From the NCBI RefSeq assembly GCF_001194135.2, contig NC_068999.1, positions 53,519,669 through 53,583,668 on the forward strand: a stretch of 64,000 nucleotides of DNA, in the 5' to 3' direction. Numbering within the stretch: the first letter of the stretch is position 1; every line of letters starts with the position of its first letter. Origin of the DNA: Octopus bimaculoides. Taxonomy: Eukaryota. Shown one piece after another: positions 12,575 to 24,018 of the stretch. The notes below the pieces were generated by a model. The model searched no databases. It worked only from the letters and a program-made list of their open reading frames with translations, and was not told where the DNA came from. Position numbers and translations under genes: made by a program.

Positions 12575-12898
12575 CTCTGGGTAAATGAGAAGTAAATGTG
12601 GGCATATGGTGCCCTGCTGGTGTTGACTGACCACATGTGGACACAACCCCTCCTCCTCCAGCTCCTCCACCACCACCTCCGCCCCCTCCTCCTACACCAC
12701 TGCTTCGAAATGCAGGAGAGTTTGCAGCAAGAGACATGGAAGGGTTTGTTGAAGAGGTTTCCACCACCGTGGGCACTGTCGTGGTAGCCAACTGCAGGAC
12801 ACTGGTCTGAGGCGCAAATGGCACATGAATGTTGGATGCACCACTCGAACTTAAGGTGTTGCAGGTCTTCAGAGCATCGACGTTGTTACAGATGGTTA
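12575..12898 (-). CDS. SAP130: SAP130 coding exon (VTICNN...poly-Gly...TFTSHLPR)
   Basis: gtgctttcag|TA...AGAG|gtaagt; 324 nt, phase 1-1; ends in the conserved SHLPRG. Confidence 0.92.
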
Positions 12899-13214
12899 CT
12901 GAAAGCACACAGAATTTACACATTGGAGGAGAGACACCTCAAAAGTAAATAACCACCCCTAATTATACAGTTTTATCTTTGCAGACACTACTCATCAGTA
13001 CAATGTCCAAATGGGTTTATTCATTAAAAACTACATAAGGCATGTCTACTAAATACTAGATTAAGTACTTAAATGCAATCAAATGACATTTTGTTTCTAG
13101 AAATAAATCGTTAAAAAATAATGACATCTTTGAGATTTCTATAAATATATATAGATATGGCTATACTCAAGAAAACCCTTACCCCACAGCAAAACTGTTA
13201 ATATCGATCCTCCT

Positions 13215-13455
13215 GGTTATGTAAAGCACCCATGCATAAAAGCACCCATGCAGCGACACATAAAAGTGCCCAAGTAGTGCCACATAAAAGCATCCAGCAT
13301 TCTCTGTAAAGTGGTTGGCATTAGGAAGGGCATCCAGCCGTAGAAACTATGCCAAATCAGACAGAAGTCTGGTACAGCTCTCTGGCTAGCCAGCTCTGGT
13401 CACACCGTCCAACCCATGCTAGCACGGATAACAGACATATGGTGATGATGATACA
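13215..13455 (+). mobile_element. 3' UTR/tail of an RTE-type LINE
   Basis: Short gccac.taaaagcacc repeats, then ggttggcattaggaagggcatccagccgtagaaac...ccgtccaacccatgctagca...gatgatgat; related to the tails at 59335 and 63775. Confidence 0.75.
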
Positions 13456-14384
13456 TGCATACATCATGAACTTTCCTATTGCTAGGCAACATTTAAGGGT
13501 TCTGCAATTTCTTACTGAACCACACAGATGATTTGTTTATAGTGATCAAATGTTTGTGCTCACATAAGCTCACTCCTTCATCAAATTGACGTTACCTGTA
13601 CAGGTGCACAATATCCCACACGTTAGAGCAACATGTAATCAACTGTTTTGCTCAAGAACACAATACAACACCCAGTCTGGGAATCAAAATCACAATCTTG
13701 CAATCGTGAGTGCAACACCCTAACTACTAAGCCATGCACCTTCACATCTATGTATGTATTTATATACACACATATGAACATATTTATGTATTTATAAATG
13801 TGTGTGTGTGTGCATCTATGTGAGAGTGTGAGTGTGCATACATCAGCTCCTGCCTGTGTCTGTATGTGTAGAGTGATCCATCAAAACATACCAGACTCTG
13901 GCAGAATTTGAAATCTTCAAAGGCAGGACAAAATACAATACTGCATTGCATTTAATCTATGCTATAGTGTCTTGGTTATATATCTGGCATAGGTACAAAG
14001 CGACACAATTCTGTGGGTGAGTGCAGTCAACTAGACTGAATCACCACTCCAGACCACCTCAGCATTTTATCAAACTTGAGATGATAAGAAGTAATGTAAA
14101 TATAAGTGGGATTTGAACTCAAAACATAGATGAAATAAGTGAAATACCTGAAGGCATTTTGCCGAGCGCTCTACCAATTCTGCCATCCACAGCCCTCACT
14201 GAAATAAGAAGAACGAGACTTTTAACATACACACACACATATATATATATTTATACAACAGGCTCATTTCACAACTAATACCATTTAATACAGTCTGAAA
14301 AATATCTAATAGGAGATGACTTACATGTTTCTCCTACATGTACAAGTTTGTCACTCCTATTAGCAAAATGAAACGCATGTATAG

Positions 14385-14712
14385 GGTAAAGACCCCCTTC
14401 AGTCATGAACGACCATGAGATTGCACCTAGAAAGGTACCTTCCGAGACACAAGTCTCAGCAAGGTTGTTTATAGAAGACCAGCAATCGCCCATGCATACC
14501 AGCCTCCCCTCCCCACACCACCGATGTTATCCAAGGGAAAGGCAAAGGCTGATACAGCTTGGCACCAGTGACGTCACAACTCATTTCTACAGCTGAGTGA
14601 ACTGGAGCGATGTGAAATAAAGTGTCTTGCTCAAGAACACAACACACAACCCAGTCTGGGAATCAAACTCACTACCACATGATTGTGAGCTTGACACTCT
14701 AACCACTGAGCC
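14385..14712 (-). mobile_element. SINE family D (tRNA-like head)
   Basis: Minus strand GGCTCAGTGGTTAGAGTG...GTTTGATTCCCAGACTGGG...GTGTTCTTGAGCAAGACACTT. The head is shared with 13500-13745(-) and 57078-57345(+). Confidence 0.75.
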
Positions 14713-14887
14713 AATGATGAATAAGTAATACCAACATTTTGTCTTTCCAATTTTCTGTTTTGATATGTAATTATTCTGCAAAGAACATTTTCCAGTATTT
14801 TACAACCCTTATGCATACCATACAGAAATATAACATCTACATACAACTTTGGAGTACTGGAATATACACACACACATTCTGTAAATG

Positions 14888-15075
14888 ATATTTTATAAGC
14901 TTAAAGCTTATAAGTGATCACTGTGTATTGGCTAAAGAAAATAGTCTAATATTGGGACATCGAAAGAAAGGAAAACCCACTTTTTTTCTGTCAAGGGCTT
15001 ATATGCCCCAATATTAGATTATTTCCTTTCGTTGATATACGGTGATCACTTATAAGCTTTAAGCTTATGAAATAT
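14888..15075. repeat. Long inverted repeat (MITE-like; arms about 69 bp, spacer about 50 bp)
   Basis: atattttataagcttaaagcttataagtgatcac...tctaatattggg pairs with cccaatattaga...gtgatcacttataagctttaagcttatgaaatat. Confidence 0.85.
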
Positions 15076-15205
15076 AATTATGGATCAGTGAATGCATTAT
15101 TTTTACAAGGAAAGTTTGACTGATTTCAAAGTTTCAGCTTAGTTGCTGTGATCAGACTATCATGCACACAGAAACACACAAACTCTACAGTAGTAGGTGA
15201 TTTAC

Positions 15206-15278
15206 CTCCTGTTGGAAGTATGTTTGACACATTTGATATCGAAGAATGGGTGGCAGCAGGTAAGGATGTTGCAGGTTT
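15206..15278 (-). CDS. SAP130: SAP130 coding exon (KPATSLPAATH...ILPTG)
   Basis: ctctttgtcag|AAA...GGAG|gtaaat; 73 nt, phase 0 to 1, fits both neighbours. Confidence 0.8.
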
Positions 15279-16339
15279 CTGACAAAGAGAGAAAAGAGAA
15301 AAGAAATAACATAAAACAAACAGCTTTAGAATCTCTGATATTATGAGTTTAGTATGAGGAGAAATACAACAGGTCACTCACAAGTGCTAGTTGCAAGTCT
15401 AGCAAGACCTATTGTAGAGTCAGGTTGTTGACAACTATATCAGCCCTCCCACCTATGAAGCAATCCTGCAGGTGATGGTGATGCTTATCATAGTGATGGT
15501 GCTGGTCGTAGCAAGTGCAAGGGTCATTTGTTTATAGTAGGGGTGATGTCAGCAACATCATCATCATCATCATCAACATTTAACATCAATTTTCCATACT
15601 GCCATAGGTTGGTCGGTTTGACAGGAATTAGCAAGGCCTGGGGCCATATCAGGTTCCATAGTCTATTTCGGCTTGGTTTCAATGTACTGGCTTCTGTTGC
15701 AGCATAGGGAGATACAAGCATTATAACGAACGTCCTTCCCACTCCTAACAGGACTACCAACAACAAACAATATAGTCCCTTTCTTTACTGAGTTACTTCC
15801 CTTAGCGTGACAAACCAGGTGGATTGTTACATAGTTCTAAGTAACAGATACTGATTTCTGAATTTGAAAAGGTGTAGAACACCAGAACGTAACTAGGGCT
15901 TCATTATTTTTAAGACTCCAGGAAGGAATTGAACTTGGAACAAGGACACAAACATAAATGGGTACAGTCCAAAGTTATTCATCATTCTTCAGGGTTTGAA
16001 CTCTGAATATAAAGAGCTATAACTAAACATCTCAAGGTATTGTGACTGACACTTTACTGAGTCTGCTAATCCACCACCTTTAATAATCATTTTCTTTTTT
16101 TTTTTTACATAGCCACAGGCCTAGAAATTTGGAGGAGTGTAACGATCGATTATATTGAACCTTGTATTTGATAGGTGCTTTTATTTTATTGAACCCGGGA
16201 AGGAGGAAAAAGGTAAACTTGACCTTGGTAAGATTTGAACTCAGAATGACAAGAGCCAGGCCAAATACTGCTTATTTTTTCTGACAATCCTACCAATCCA
16301 CTGCTCCCAAAATAATGATTATGATAATAATAATATTGA

Positions 16340-16665
16340 CCCACAAACAGTCAAGAAGGAAGGCAAAAAAATAGATGTACACAACCCACTTAAGTACAAA
16401 ATAGCCCGGCTTGGAAAATGAGGTGAAGATAGCGCCAATTATTGTTGGGTCCCTGGGGACTGAAGACAGCAGAAGGCACCAAGAGGAATATAAAAGAAAT
16501 TGGAATAGAGTGCCCAGTAGAACTGTTACAAAAGGTTTGCCTTCTTGGCACGGCCAGAATAATCAGGAAAGTATTAGTTGAACAGATAGCATGGTACTGT
16601 AGGCTGCAGCAGCAAGCCTGCTACGCATGAAAAACTCCAGGAGTTACAACAAAACCCGAGATAAA
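16340..16665 (+). mobile_element. 3' fragment of a restriction-like-endonuclease non-LTR element (R4/Dong-like)
   Basis: Frameshifted peptide ...LKYKIARL...VKIAPIIVGSLG...NIKEIGIECPVELLQKVCLLGTARIIRKVL, typical of the RLE C-terminus; flanked by (AAT)n. Confidence 0.75.
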
Positions 16666-16680
16666 AAGAAGAATAATAAC

Positions 16681-17745
16681 AATCCTTTCTACTTTAGGTA
16701 CAAAGCCTGAAATTTGGGGGACGGGGACTAGTCGATTAGATTAACCCAAGCACTTGACTGGTAATTGTTTCATTAACCCTGAAAGGATGAAAGAAAGTCG
16801 ACCTCGGTGGAATTTGAACCCAGAACATAGTGATAAGCAAAATACTGCTAAGCATTTCTCCCAGTGCTCGCTGCCTTATAACGATTTCAAATTTTGGCAC
16901 AAGGCCAGTAATTTTAAGGGGAGAGGGTTAGTTGATGCCACTCTCCCACTCCCTACTCAGCTGGTAGTTATTTAATCAAACCCAAAAGGATGAAAGGCTA
17001 AGTTGATCTCAGCAGAATTTGAACTCAGAGCAGAACGAGCAGGAAGGATTGCCATTAAATAGGTTCAATACAATTCTGCTAGCTTGTCATCTTAATACTA
17101 CTACAACTAATAATAATAATAATAATCCTTTCTACAAAAGGAACAAAGCCTGAAATTTGGGGGGAGGGGACCAGTCGATAACATCGACACCAGTGTTTCA
17201 CTGGTACTTAATACATCCACCCCGAAAAGATGAAAGGCAAAGTTGACTGTGGCAGAATTTTAACTCAGAACATAAAAACAGACAAAATTCTGCTAAGCAT
17301 TTTATCCAACATACTAACAATTCTGCCAGCTCGCCATTACCACAAGAATAATACTGATAATGGCTTCAAATTATGGCACAAGGCCAGCAATTTTAAGAGA
17401 GGGATTTCAATTTTACCAACCTCAAAAGGTTAAGATAACCTAGATGGAATTTGAATTGAGAATGTAAGAAGAAAGAAATGCTTGTAAATATTATGTTAAA
17501 TGCTAACAATTTTACCAGCTCAACTGCCTTAATATCATCATCTATAATAATAACAGTTTCACATTTTGGCACAAAGCCAGTAACCTTGGGGGAGGGTGCA
17601 AGTTGATTACAATGACTGGTGCTCAACTGGTACTTATTTTATCAACTCCGAAAGGAAGAAAGGCAAAAATCGACCCTGGCAGAATTTGAACTCAGAACAT
17701 AAAGACGGAAGAAATACTGCTAAGCATTTCACTTGGCATGCTAAT
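16681..17745 (-). mobile_element. Tandem array of about 5 SINE family B units (Meta-domain-like core) separated by (AAT)n
   Basis: Repeated plus-strand unit ggtact..tt.atc.accc.gaaaggatgaaaggcaaagt.gac...gaatttgaactcagaac. Its reverse complement GCCTTTCATCCTT..GGGTCGATAAAATAAGTACCAG resembles the MetaSINE core as recalled. Confidence 0.8.
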
Positions 17746-17864
17746 CATTATCATCATTTACCGTCCATTTTCCATGTTGGCATAGGTTGGACACAAGTAC
17801 AATGCAAATTGTCAAGAAACTTGTAGCAAGTAGTACACTAAATAACAGAAGATTTATCACTTAC

Positions 17865-18032
17865 TGTGTATGTATTAATATGATCGGTAGCATGGTGCTG
17901 TGACTGCTGTGGATAGACATGAGTTGGCCGACTGGTCGGAGCAGAGACGCGGGACGAAAGAGAGGTCTCCACCCCAGAATGTGGAACTTTCTCGACATGT
18001 CTTTCTGCACCTGAGTAAGGCTGGTTATTCAT
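17865..18032 (-). CDS. SAP130: SAP130 coding exon 1 (MNNQPYSG...HINTYT); exon acceptor at 18040, ATG at 18032
   Basis: Acceptor tttctcacag|GTGAAGACATG, donor ACA|gtaagt (phase 0). RPTHVYPQ weakly resembles human VVVRPYPQ. The true start could lie further upstream because the frame is open to the acceptor. Confidence 0.8.
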
Positions 18033-18124
18033 GTCTTCACCTGTGAGAAATGAGAAACAGTAAGGTAGGGATTAATTAATAAAAAAAAAAAAGAAAAAAG
18101 AAAAACAATGGAAATAACAACTAA

Positions 18125-18850
18125 CATAGGCACAAGGTGATGGGGAGGGGGTCAATTAGAGTTACTGCACCATATGACTAGTACGTATGGATTCTGAAAG
18201 TATTGAAAAAGAAAAAAACTGACCATAGTAGAATTTGAACTCGGATATGTAACAAAATAACCCAAAGTATTTTGCCAATAGCTCCGATTTTTGCAGATTC
18301 CACCACCCAAATAACAATAATAATAATAATAATAATTTTAGCAGAAGTTCAGTCATTTTCAGGGAGAGTGGATTAGTCAATACCATCCACCCCAGTAGTT
18401 GACTGGTACTTTGTAATTAACCCAGCAACATATGAAAAGAGAAGTTAACCTCAGCAGGATTTGAACTCAGAAGAATTACTGAATGGCAGTTTTCCTGATG
18501 TTTTAACATCAAAATTCACATTGGATTCTGCCAACCCAACATCCTTATAATATTAACTGTTTCTGGTTCAGGGGCACACTGGCCTACAATTTTTGAGATG
18601 AGAGATTAGTAGATTACATTGATCCTGTTCTTAATTTTGCCAGTCTACCAACCTAATAATTGTAATAATAATGGTTTCAAATTTTGGCAAAAGGCCAGCA
18701 AGTTTGAGGGAGGGGGCCTAGTTGGTTACATGGACTTCAGTGCTCAACTGGTGCTTATTTGATCGACTGCAAAAGAATGAAAGGCAAAGTCGACCCTGAC
18801 GGAATTTGAACTCAGAACGTAAAGACGGACAAAATGCCACTACACCTATT
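18125..18850 (-). mobile_element. Three more SINE family B units
   Basis: Same unit and orientation. Isolated copies also at about 3830-3910, 10785-11000, 13980-14190, 16110-16300, 22390-22590 and 63640-63730(+). Confidence 0.75.
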
Positions 18851-19986
18851 TACACATTTATTTGGAACATTGTTTTAAGATTTTCATCACTCAAAGCTGC
18901 AACTTGTTCACTAATTAAAAATTCTGCTGCATCTAATAATAATAGTTCTTCCTCATTTTTGCACAAGGCCAGTTTATAATAAGTCCTGACAGCTTTTTCT
19001 TTTATCAGAAATTTGTCTGTTTTATCCTTGTGTAGATGCCATACTAATCTCTATTGTCCCAATTTTCATAGCATGCTGAGGGCAGTGACAATGACATAGA
19101 TGGTGGTGATGACAACGATGGTGTTGATAATAGTAACTGCAAAAATATGATCAAATAACATAAGAATCACCACCTACTAGAAATTGCTTTACGTCACCAT
19201 TACAAATAAAACATGTCACTATAACCTGAATTCTTGCCTCTTAGCAGTTACATATGGTGCAGCGAAACAATCCTGTGGCTCAAGTTTCATCACACAAACA
19301 CACACACACACACACATTTGCAGTAATGAACAAGAGAAACCTACTTAAATCTCAGAGTTTTGGGGTTTGGAGTATAAATTTGCTTAAGTGTTATTAAGGT
19401 GTCTAAGAAGAATACAGAATAAAGACAATTATTTCCTGTTGCCTTCACTAACAAGACATGAAGCTAAAGCTTTCTAAGGAGTGCAATTGCTTCTGTTTAT
19501 GTATTGGAGTAAGGAGGGAGTGGGTTGTGTCCAGCTTTGTCAGCCATGCCTTCTAATTGCTATTAATATAAGCTAATCTGAAATAGCTACAAGCATGAAT
19601 CAAAACTGGATTGCAGAAGATATCTGGCTTGTCAGGGGTATACTCATACTGTACAATGGTCACCTACAGCAGTAGTACTACTAAACCAAGCCATCTTCTG
19701 TTCAGGAAAAAGATGTGTGGACTACACAAAGCAAAGTTAACAAATTACTGTCTTAAGATACTTCAGTTAACAGCATGCAGCAACCCATGGTGCTTATTTA
19801 CAGCTGGGTTGACTTTAATAGCAGCATAGTCAGTACCTTGCAGACAGGTTTTGTAAAATCAAGCTTGCCTTCAGGTCCAGAGGAATCTTCTCAAAAACAG
19901 AGAATGGTGTCAATTTTTATTAATTTTTCTTTAAGGAGTAAAATAACTTTTCAGATATTCATAGGGCCCACTTTGGCTCTACTCAC

Positions 19987-20093
19987 TGCAGATCAATGTA
20001 CTGGCTGAATCCCACGCAAGGGAACACAACCTATAAACAATGGCCTGGTGCGATATGAAATACTGACCATTTAGCTTGTGTTGAACTACTGGA
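19987..20093 (-). other. Candidate SAP130 5' exon (UTR or N-terminal extension)
   Basis: Long polypyrimidine tract ending ctctttag, donor GCA|gtgagt. One frame is open and ends in phase 1, matching the 18040 acceptor. Also holds an out-of-frame 25-aa uORF (20070-19993). Confidence 0.5.
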
Positions 20094-20318
20094 CTAAAGA
20101 GAAGAGTAAATGAGAGAAAATAAGGAGACAAACAAAAGAGCAATGAGAGAAAGAGAGAAAGACACAAATAAGGAGAACAGATGAAAGCTAAAGGAGGTGA
20201 GAAAGGCAACAAAGAGATCTTCATCACAGCAACTACTCACAAGCAAAGTGACTGACCTCCGTCCCGAGAGGGGGAGAAAATACATCAGCGTCTATCAGAG
20301 TTGATAACTCTGCACTAC

Positions 20319-20549
20319 CAGTAGTTCTCAACTGGGTTCCATATAAGATTTTGTTAAAATTTGTGCAATAAATTGGTTACACTTCTATAGTACATAAAAT
20401 ATTTCAAAAAATGTTTTTATCTGATTCCTAATAATATTCAATTATAAAAATATAATAGGACTTTTTAAGCATCAATTGATTATAAGGGTCCACCTGAGAA
20501 GAATAGGAACCAAAGGGGTCCACAGGTGAAAAATGGTTGAGAACCATTG
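20319..20549. mobile_element. hAT-type MITE
   Basis: TIRs cagtagttctcaac / gttgagaaccattg. Related ends at 5241-5426 and a single end at about 6385. Confidence 0.7.
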
Positions 20550-22743
20550 CCCTACACAAAGCCTAGAAGAAACCCATACTGAAGTACTGTTCACATCCTC
20601 ATCATTTAGATTCACTTTTCCATGCTTGTATGAGTCGGACAGAACTTGTTGAGGTAGATTTTCTACAGCTGGATGGCTCCCTATCACCAACACTCACCTG
20701 TTTGTAAGCAAAGAAATATTTCCCATGGTTAGATGTGAGTTTCTTAACCACACAGTTACACCAGTGCCAATTATAACTGCCCCCTCACCACCACCACCAC
20801 ATACAAAGGCTTTCTTCACTGCATCCAAAGACAAGCCACTCGACTAATTAGCATAAAGTTATTCACAAACATATTTCAGACTCTAACAAAAGGATGTACT
20901 GTCCCTTCTTTCTACATCTTCAACAGTGGCTTCTGTTCTTTAGGGCTGTTTGATTTCACAGCTTACTACTTACCTTTCTTACTGCATATTCTGACTCCAA
21001 CTTTAAGCTCTGCACAAACTATACACCCAGCTCTTCATCCACAGAATGTTATCCAACTAGATTCCCTATTTTGCATATTTTCTGAGCACATCAATGTGCG
21101 ACTGCTCAAAAACAAATCTTAACAGCGTCAAGATCATCAACCATGGATTTTAGATGGCCTTTAAAAGCCATATACACAGTCCTTTCATCCACAAACCTAA
21201 AGCAATTTTGTAACAGTTTGTTAAAATAGAAACATAAAAGAGAAGCAAATATATGTATGCATATGTATGTGTGCTCATGCATACTTGTGTGTATGCGTAT
21301 ACACACAAACGCACATATGTTTTACAAAACTCTATAAAACTACTTTATTTACAAGGCACAAAAGACTAACATTTACTAAACTTAACTCTTAAAGAACAAT
21401 ACCACAATTAACTGCAACTATCACTGGGTCCTGAATGAAAAACTGTTTTGAGAGAGATCTGTCCAAAAAGAAACCGAACCTTTAAAACAGCATGCCCAAC
21501 ACATCACACCACACTAGTCAGACATCAATCAACCAACACAGGCTAGAATGAAAGTATGCCCTAGATCCTGTCACAAGTCAACTAATGAAGAATTTAAAAG
21601 AGAAACATGTCTATACAAAATTCTAATTTCAAATTGGGGAAAACTAGCTCTGAGACTTTTCTGAAGTTGCAATAGGCCTAAAGGGGAAGACTGTTTGTGC
21701 CCTACACTACAATGCCATGAGTGGGAGCAGGACTCCAAATCAGACGATCCACCAAAGAAGATCCTAAAAAGCCGAATAAGGTCACCTCCTGACTGGTCCT
21801 GAAGATACTAGAGAAGTAGGCATCCATAAAAATTAGTCTACTCCCACATGACTTTAAAAGTAAACTTGAAAACACAGGGTGCAGCTGCAAAATTTGACCC
21901 CTTCCCTCACCTCAAAAAAAAAAAAATGCCACTTAACGGTTGTTTGAAAATTTTCTGAAAAGTGTTACATGGGAGTATGGCTATGAAGTTGAAAGAAAAA
22001 CAGTTTGTCACATTAGTGTGAATCATTGTTGGGACCACAGAAAGCATGTTGGGGTCACTCAGTTATGAAGCTGGCACTGATCTGATCATTTTGATTGGAA
22101 AGCTACTGTTCAATAATGTATCAACAGTTGATGATATACCATTCAAAAGAGACAAATCTAATTAAATAGTAGAGCAATGACTTCATTTTTAGAAAGCTTG
22201 GTTTCCTTTTGGATACACTTTGTATACACACATGTATGTGTCTATACATGTACAAACATACATAGATATTAATATATGTGTGATTTTGTTTGTGAGTGTG
22301 TGTTGCTAGAAAGGGTTGGGGTCGATCCCTTCAAGAGTTTAACTGTAGTCCACGATAGATTTTCTTTCATGGTTTCTTTCATTGTATAGTGGCCAAGCTG
22401 GGGCATAATCAATTATATTAATCCCAGAGCTTATTTTATCAATTAATATTATATTTTACTGACCTCAGAAAGGGGGAAAAAATTAAAGTAAGCCTTAACA
22501 AGAACTGAAATAAGAATATATAAAGGGATGTAGCATAATGTCACAAGGTATTTTGTCTGATACACTACCAATTCTGCAATCCAGCTGATTGGATTTCAGG
22601 CAGTTATTGTTTGAAATAAAAGATCAAAAATACTTCTGGTCCTTTAGACATGTTTTACTAAAGAAAACATGTTTGGTGTATCATATACAGATACACACAT
22701 ACATCCAATAGATTATATTGTAATATAATAATATAATCTTACA

Positions 22744-22791
<48 letters not shown>

Positions 22792-23570
22792 TCACATAAT
22801 TCAATACTATAGCAATTGTCCAATGAAGTCACGTGACACTGAGAAACAGTTTGTGAAGATTTTGGGGCTTTCATAGTGTTCATGTGTGTGTGAGAGTTTG
22901 TATACACACACATATATATATGCATCAAAATACATGGTATATGTATATGCATACACATGGGTATTCAGGCTAAATTTGATGATTTATTAGTGTCTACACA
23001 CTGGAATTAATCCTCACACCTTTGACAAGGGTCTTAGGTTCAATTCAGATGGCTACATGAAGCTGCTGGAGACTGATGAATATCTGGCTGGAGAGGGTTT
23101 GTTGCTGCTGCTGGAAGGTCATATGTGTGGCAGCAATATTCGTCCCCTTGCTATACTTCTGGAAAAAAGTTAGAAGTGGTTGTTGGAGAATTTCTGTGAC
23201 TGTCTTACCTCCTCTAACATTTGGATACATATATTTGCTACTTTCCAGAGCTCATATTGTTAACACGTCTCATTGTCCCCTCCCCCTTACTACATTCTAT
23301 ATTTCATTTCTCCTCCTGATTTCACTTCCCCATATCTTCTCTTTTTCTTTTTTATTATTTACCTTTCTTTCTTTCCTTCTGGCCTCCTAATTTGCCTAAC
23401 TGTAACCCCATGGATTATTATGTATGGTTGCAAAACGAGCCTCTTAACCACACAGCCAAGCCTGCACCCATGTATATTTATACACATATATATCTTTCAC
23501 TGAATACACAACTGTGTCCAAGGTTTTTATCTTTTTTTTTTTTATTTAGATTCCTTGAATTTTCTCCATT

Positions 23571-23572
<2 letters not shown>

Positions 23573-23640
<68 letters not shown>
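23573..23640. repeat. Poly(T) of 68 nt
   Basis: Uninterrupted T run counted from the sequence. Confidence 0.9.
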
Positions 23641-23643
<3 letters not shown>

Positions 23644-23981
23644 GCTGGTTTGAAACAAAGTTCCTAAGTTCATATTCAACTTTCCAAGAATTGAATGTAT
23701 TTAGCATCAGTGTTTTTTATAAACTGGTTGAATTCATGTAGACTTTCTTGTCGAAGGTTTTTTTTTTTTTATGTAAGCTTCATACTTCAACAGTCACGTT
23801 GATTTGTTTGCCAGACAAATTCTGACCATTAAGATTTTATGTCAGTAGCCACATGTTAATGATTTTGTGTGTAAGAATGAACGTAAGTATACATTTTATA
23901 CACACACACACACACATATATATATGCATACACACACACACACACACATACAAATATATATACATAAACACATACATTCAC

Positions 23982-24018
<37 letters not shown>

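Larger units (their letters stand above)
1..18040 (-). other. SAP130: SAP130-like gene span (coding part; runs off the left edge; 5' UTR exons further right unresolved)
   Basis: 12 GT-AG exons join in one open frame with matching phases (0,1,1,2,1,1,1,2,1,1,2). The S/T/P/A-rich protein has SHLPRGAAAA, SIPIAKVTPQRQ, HVNSMLVAVD and SPRPSILRKRPNDG in the same order as human SAP130 (SHLPRGAAAA, NIPVAKVVPQQ, HLNPMQLMTVD, SPRPSILRKKPATDG). Confidence 0.9.

Noticed and set aside
16681-18850. Regularly spaced repeats that could be mistaken for a CRISPR array
   Set aside because: The units are ~200-bp diverged SINEs in a eukaryotic intron; no short identical direct repeats with unique spacers and no cas genes.
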